Source of the DNA: Raillietiella orientalis
Taxonomy: Eukaryota
Length of the DNA: 64,000 bases
Direction of reading: 5' to 3'
Assembly (NCBI GenBank): GCA_036172245.1
Contig: JAYWIR010000013.1
Span: forward strand, 2,666,001 to 2,730,000
Part shown: positions 62,593 through 64,000 of the stretch, piece by piece
Position numbering within the stretch: position 1 is the first letter of the stretch
Layout: every line of letters starts with the position of its first letter
Position numbers and translations under genes: made by a program
The notes under the pieces: generated by a model
What the model saw: only the letters and a program-made list of their open reading frames with translations
Database searches by the model: none
Told to the model about the DNA's origin: nothing

Positions 62593-64000
62593 TCCTCCAA
62601 AGCGGATAGTACGTTCTGCAATGCCTCCTCACCTCCGCACACGTCCACCAAAAGTCCAACCTCTGAAGCGAGAGGAGGGCGTGCTGACGTGCGGGCTGCT
62701 GCCGTCGCACACGCCGAAGCAGGGGGGAAAAAAAATGAAGCGTTTCCTTTCCCGGTGTTTGTTCCCTCGGGAAACCGCGGTCAATGGACGGGAGTTTGGA
62801 CTTCATGGAAGAACACGATGCTGCTGCAGCAAGCTTTGGAAGATTTTTTTCGCGGTCACTTTGCTACGAACCCGGCAGCTCCCAATGGAAGATTCTGTGA
62901 TGGTTCCGTGGTTCCAAAAATTGGGAAAGAAAAGATAAAAGGAAAGAAAAGAAAAATGAGTGGGTTCCGTGGTTTGCCAAAAAAAAAAAAAACCGAAGTC
63001 CTTCGTGGGAAATTCGGCGCACTCCAAGGATGGGTCCCGAAATCTGCTCTTGCGCAGATCCAAGGATTTGCGCGGAACCGACAGAGTAGCAGAAATCCAC
63101 GCAAGAGAGTCACGCAGGGATGGGGGGGAAAACCGCGCTCCGCGAGGAATGCGAAGAGGGGCGGGAAGACGAAGACGAGCGCCGACCCCACGTTCGCCCG
63201 TCAGTCATCCCGGCATCGTCCGCGCTTCCCTGCAGACGAAGTGATGCTCTCTCGAAGAATTTGCTCCCAGTCGGCGCGACTTTCAAAGTGCCGACGCGCG
63301 CTGAGCGCGCACGCGTCAGGAGGGTGGACACCGGCCACGAGGCTGCTTCGCTCTTCAGCTGCAACCCTTTTTTTTTCTCCGCTGTCGCGAGGTGGTGGCT
63401 CGAGTTCCGGGAAAACGGGATGGGAGCTGAACCCGACTCACGCGATGCTCATTCGGGAGCGGGCTGAAGGGTAGGGGGGGGGGGGGGAGGGAGAGAGAGG
63501 ATACCCCACGAGGATTCTCTCCAAAGTCGAGGGACAGGAAGTTTGAAACTGCGCGTCCTTCGTTCGCAGTGACGACACAAATGAGGTTGCAGCTTGGAGC
63601 CGAGCTCACGAAAACAAGAAGGGGAATGAATTTTCGCGTCGAGGAGAAGCCACGAGTAGGGAACCGATCGATTCGTGGGCACACCGGGGTGTCGCATGGG
63701 CTCCGCGGGCCATTCCGAATCAGGAGGGATGAGAACCGAAGTCACTGAGAAAAAAAAGAGAGGAAGAGTGGAAGCAAAGGATCCCCGAAATGGAGCACCA
63801 TCTAGCCGGTCTCTCAGGAAGCATAGCAACCGAATCCTCGTTCCGGAAAGCTAGATGGACGTAGCTTTTCGTGATCCTTCGGGAATGACGGAGAAAATTC
63901 ACAAATTGCCTTTGAGATGGACGAAATCGTCCCGTGCGGATGCTTCGAGCTGCAGCACGGCTGAGGACAGGAAGGCGGTGATGGGGCGGCTACTCTTTTG

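Noticed and set aside
62584..63474. 296-aa plus-strand ORF
   Set aside because: Low-complexity and crosses homopolymer runs, with no recognisable domain. Probably a chance open frame in decayed repeat sequence.
1..64000. Prokaryotic systems (CRISPR arrays, operons, defence islands), rRNA/tRNA genes
   Set aside because: The window is intron-containing eukaryotic DNA, and I saw no repeat-spacer arrays or recognisable structural RNA genes.

Overview
Eukaryotic (metazoan, probably arthropod; inferred) genomic DNA. The centre holds one complete minus-strand gene, TRRAP/Nipped-A (PIKK pseudokinase scaffold of SAGA and NuA4/TIP60), at 52407..16790. By hand I reconstructed it as 58 GT-AG coding exons (11,400 nt, about 3,799 aa), including 19 introns of only 43-60 nt. 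Most of the gene body is AT-rich and CpG-poor, while its last exons and both flanks are GC-rich. The flanks (1-14 kb, 59.6-62.6 kb) are packed with nested, inverted and decayed copies of an L1/Tx1-like non-LTR retrotransposon group (gag-like ORF1; APE endonuclease-RT-zinc finger ORF2). The most notable observations are: (1) three diverged copies end in the same ~26-nt CCCGG-N5-CCGGG hairpin placed after the tail tract; (2) an antisense self-nesting event with a 15-bp TSD; (3) an intronless HhH/BAF-like ORF beside a degenerate TTAGG array; (4) a near-perfect 91-bp-arm palindrome inside a TRRAP intron. No database searches were run; all homology calls come from motif recognition.
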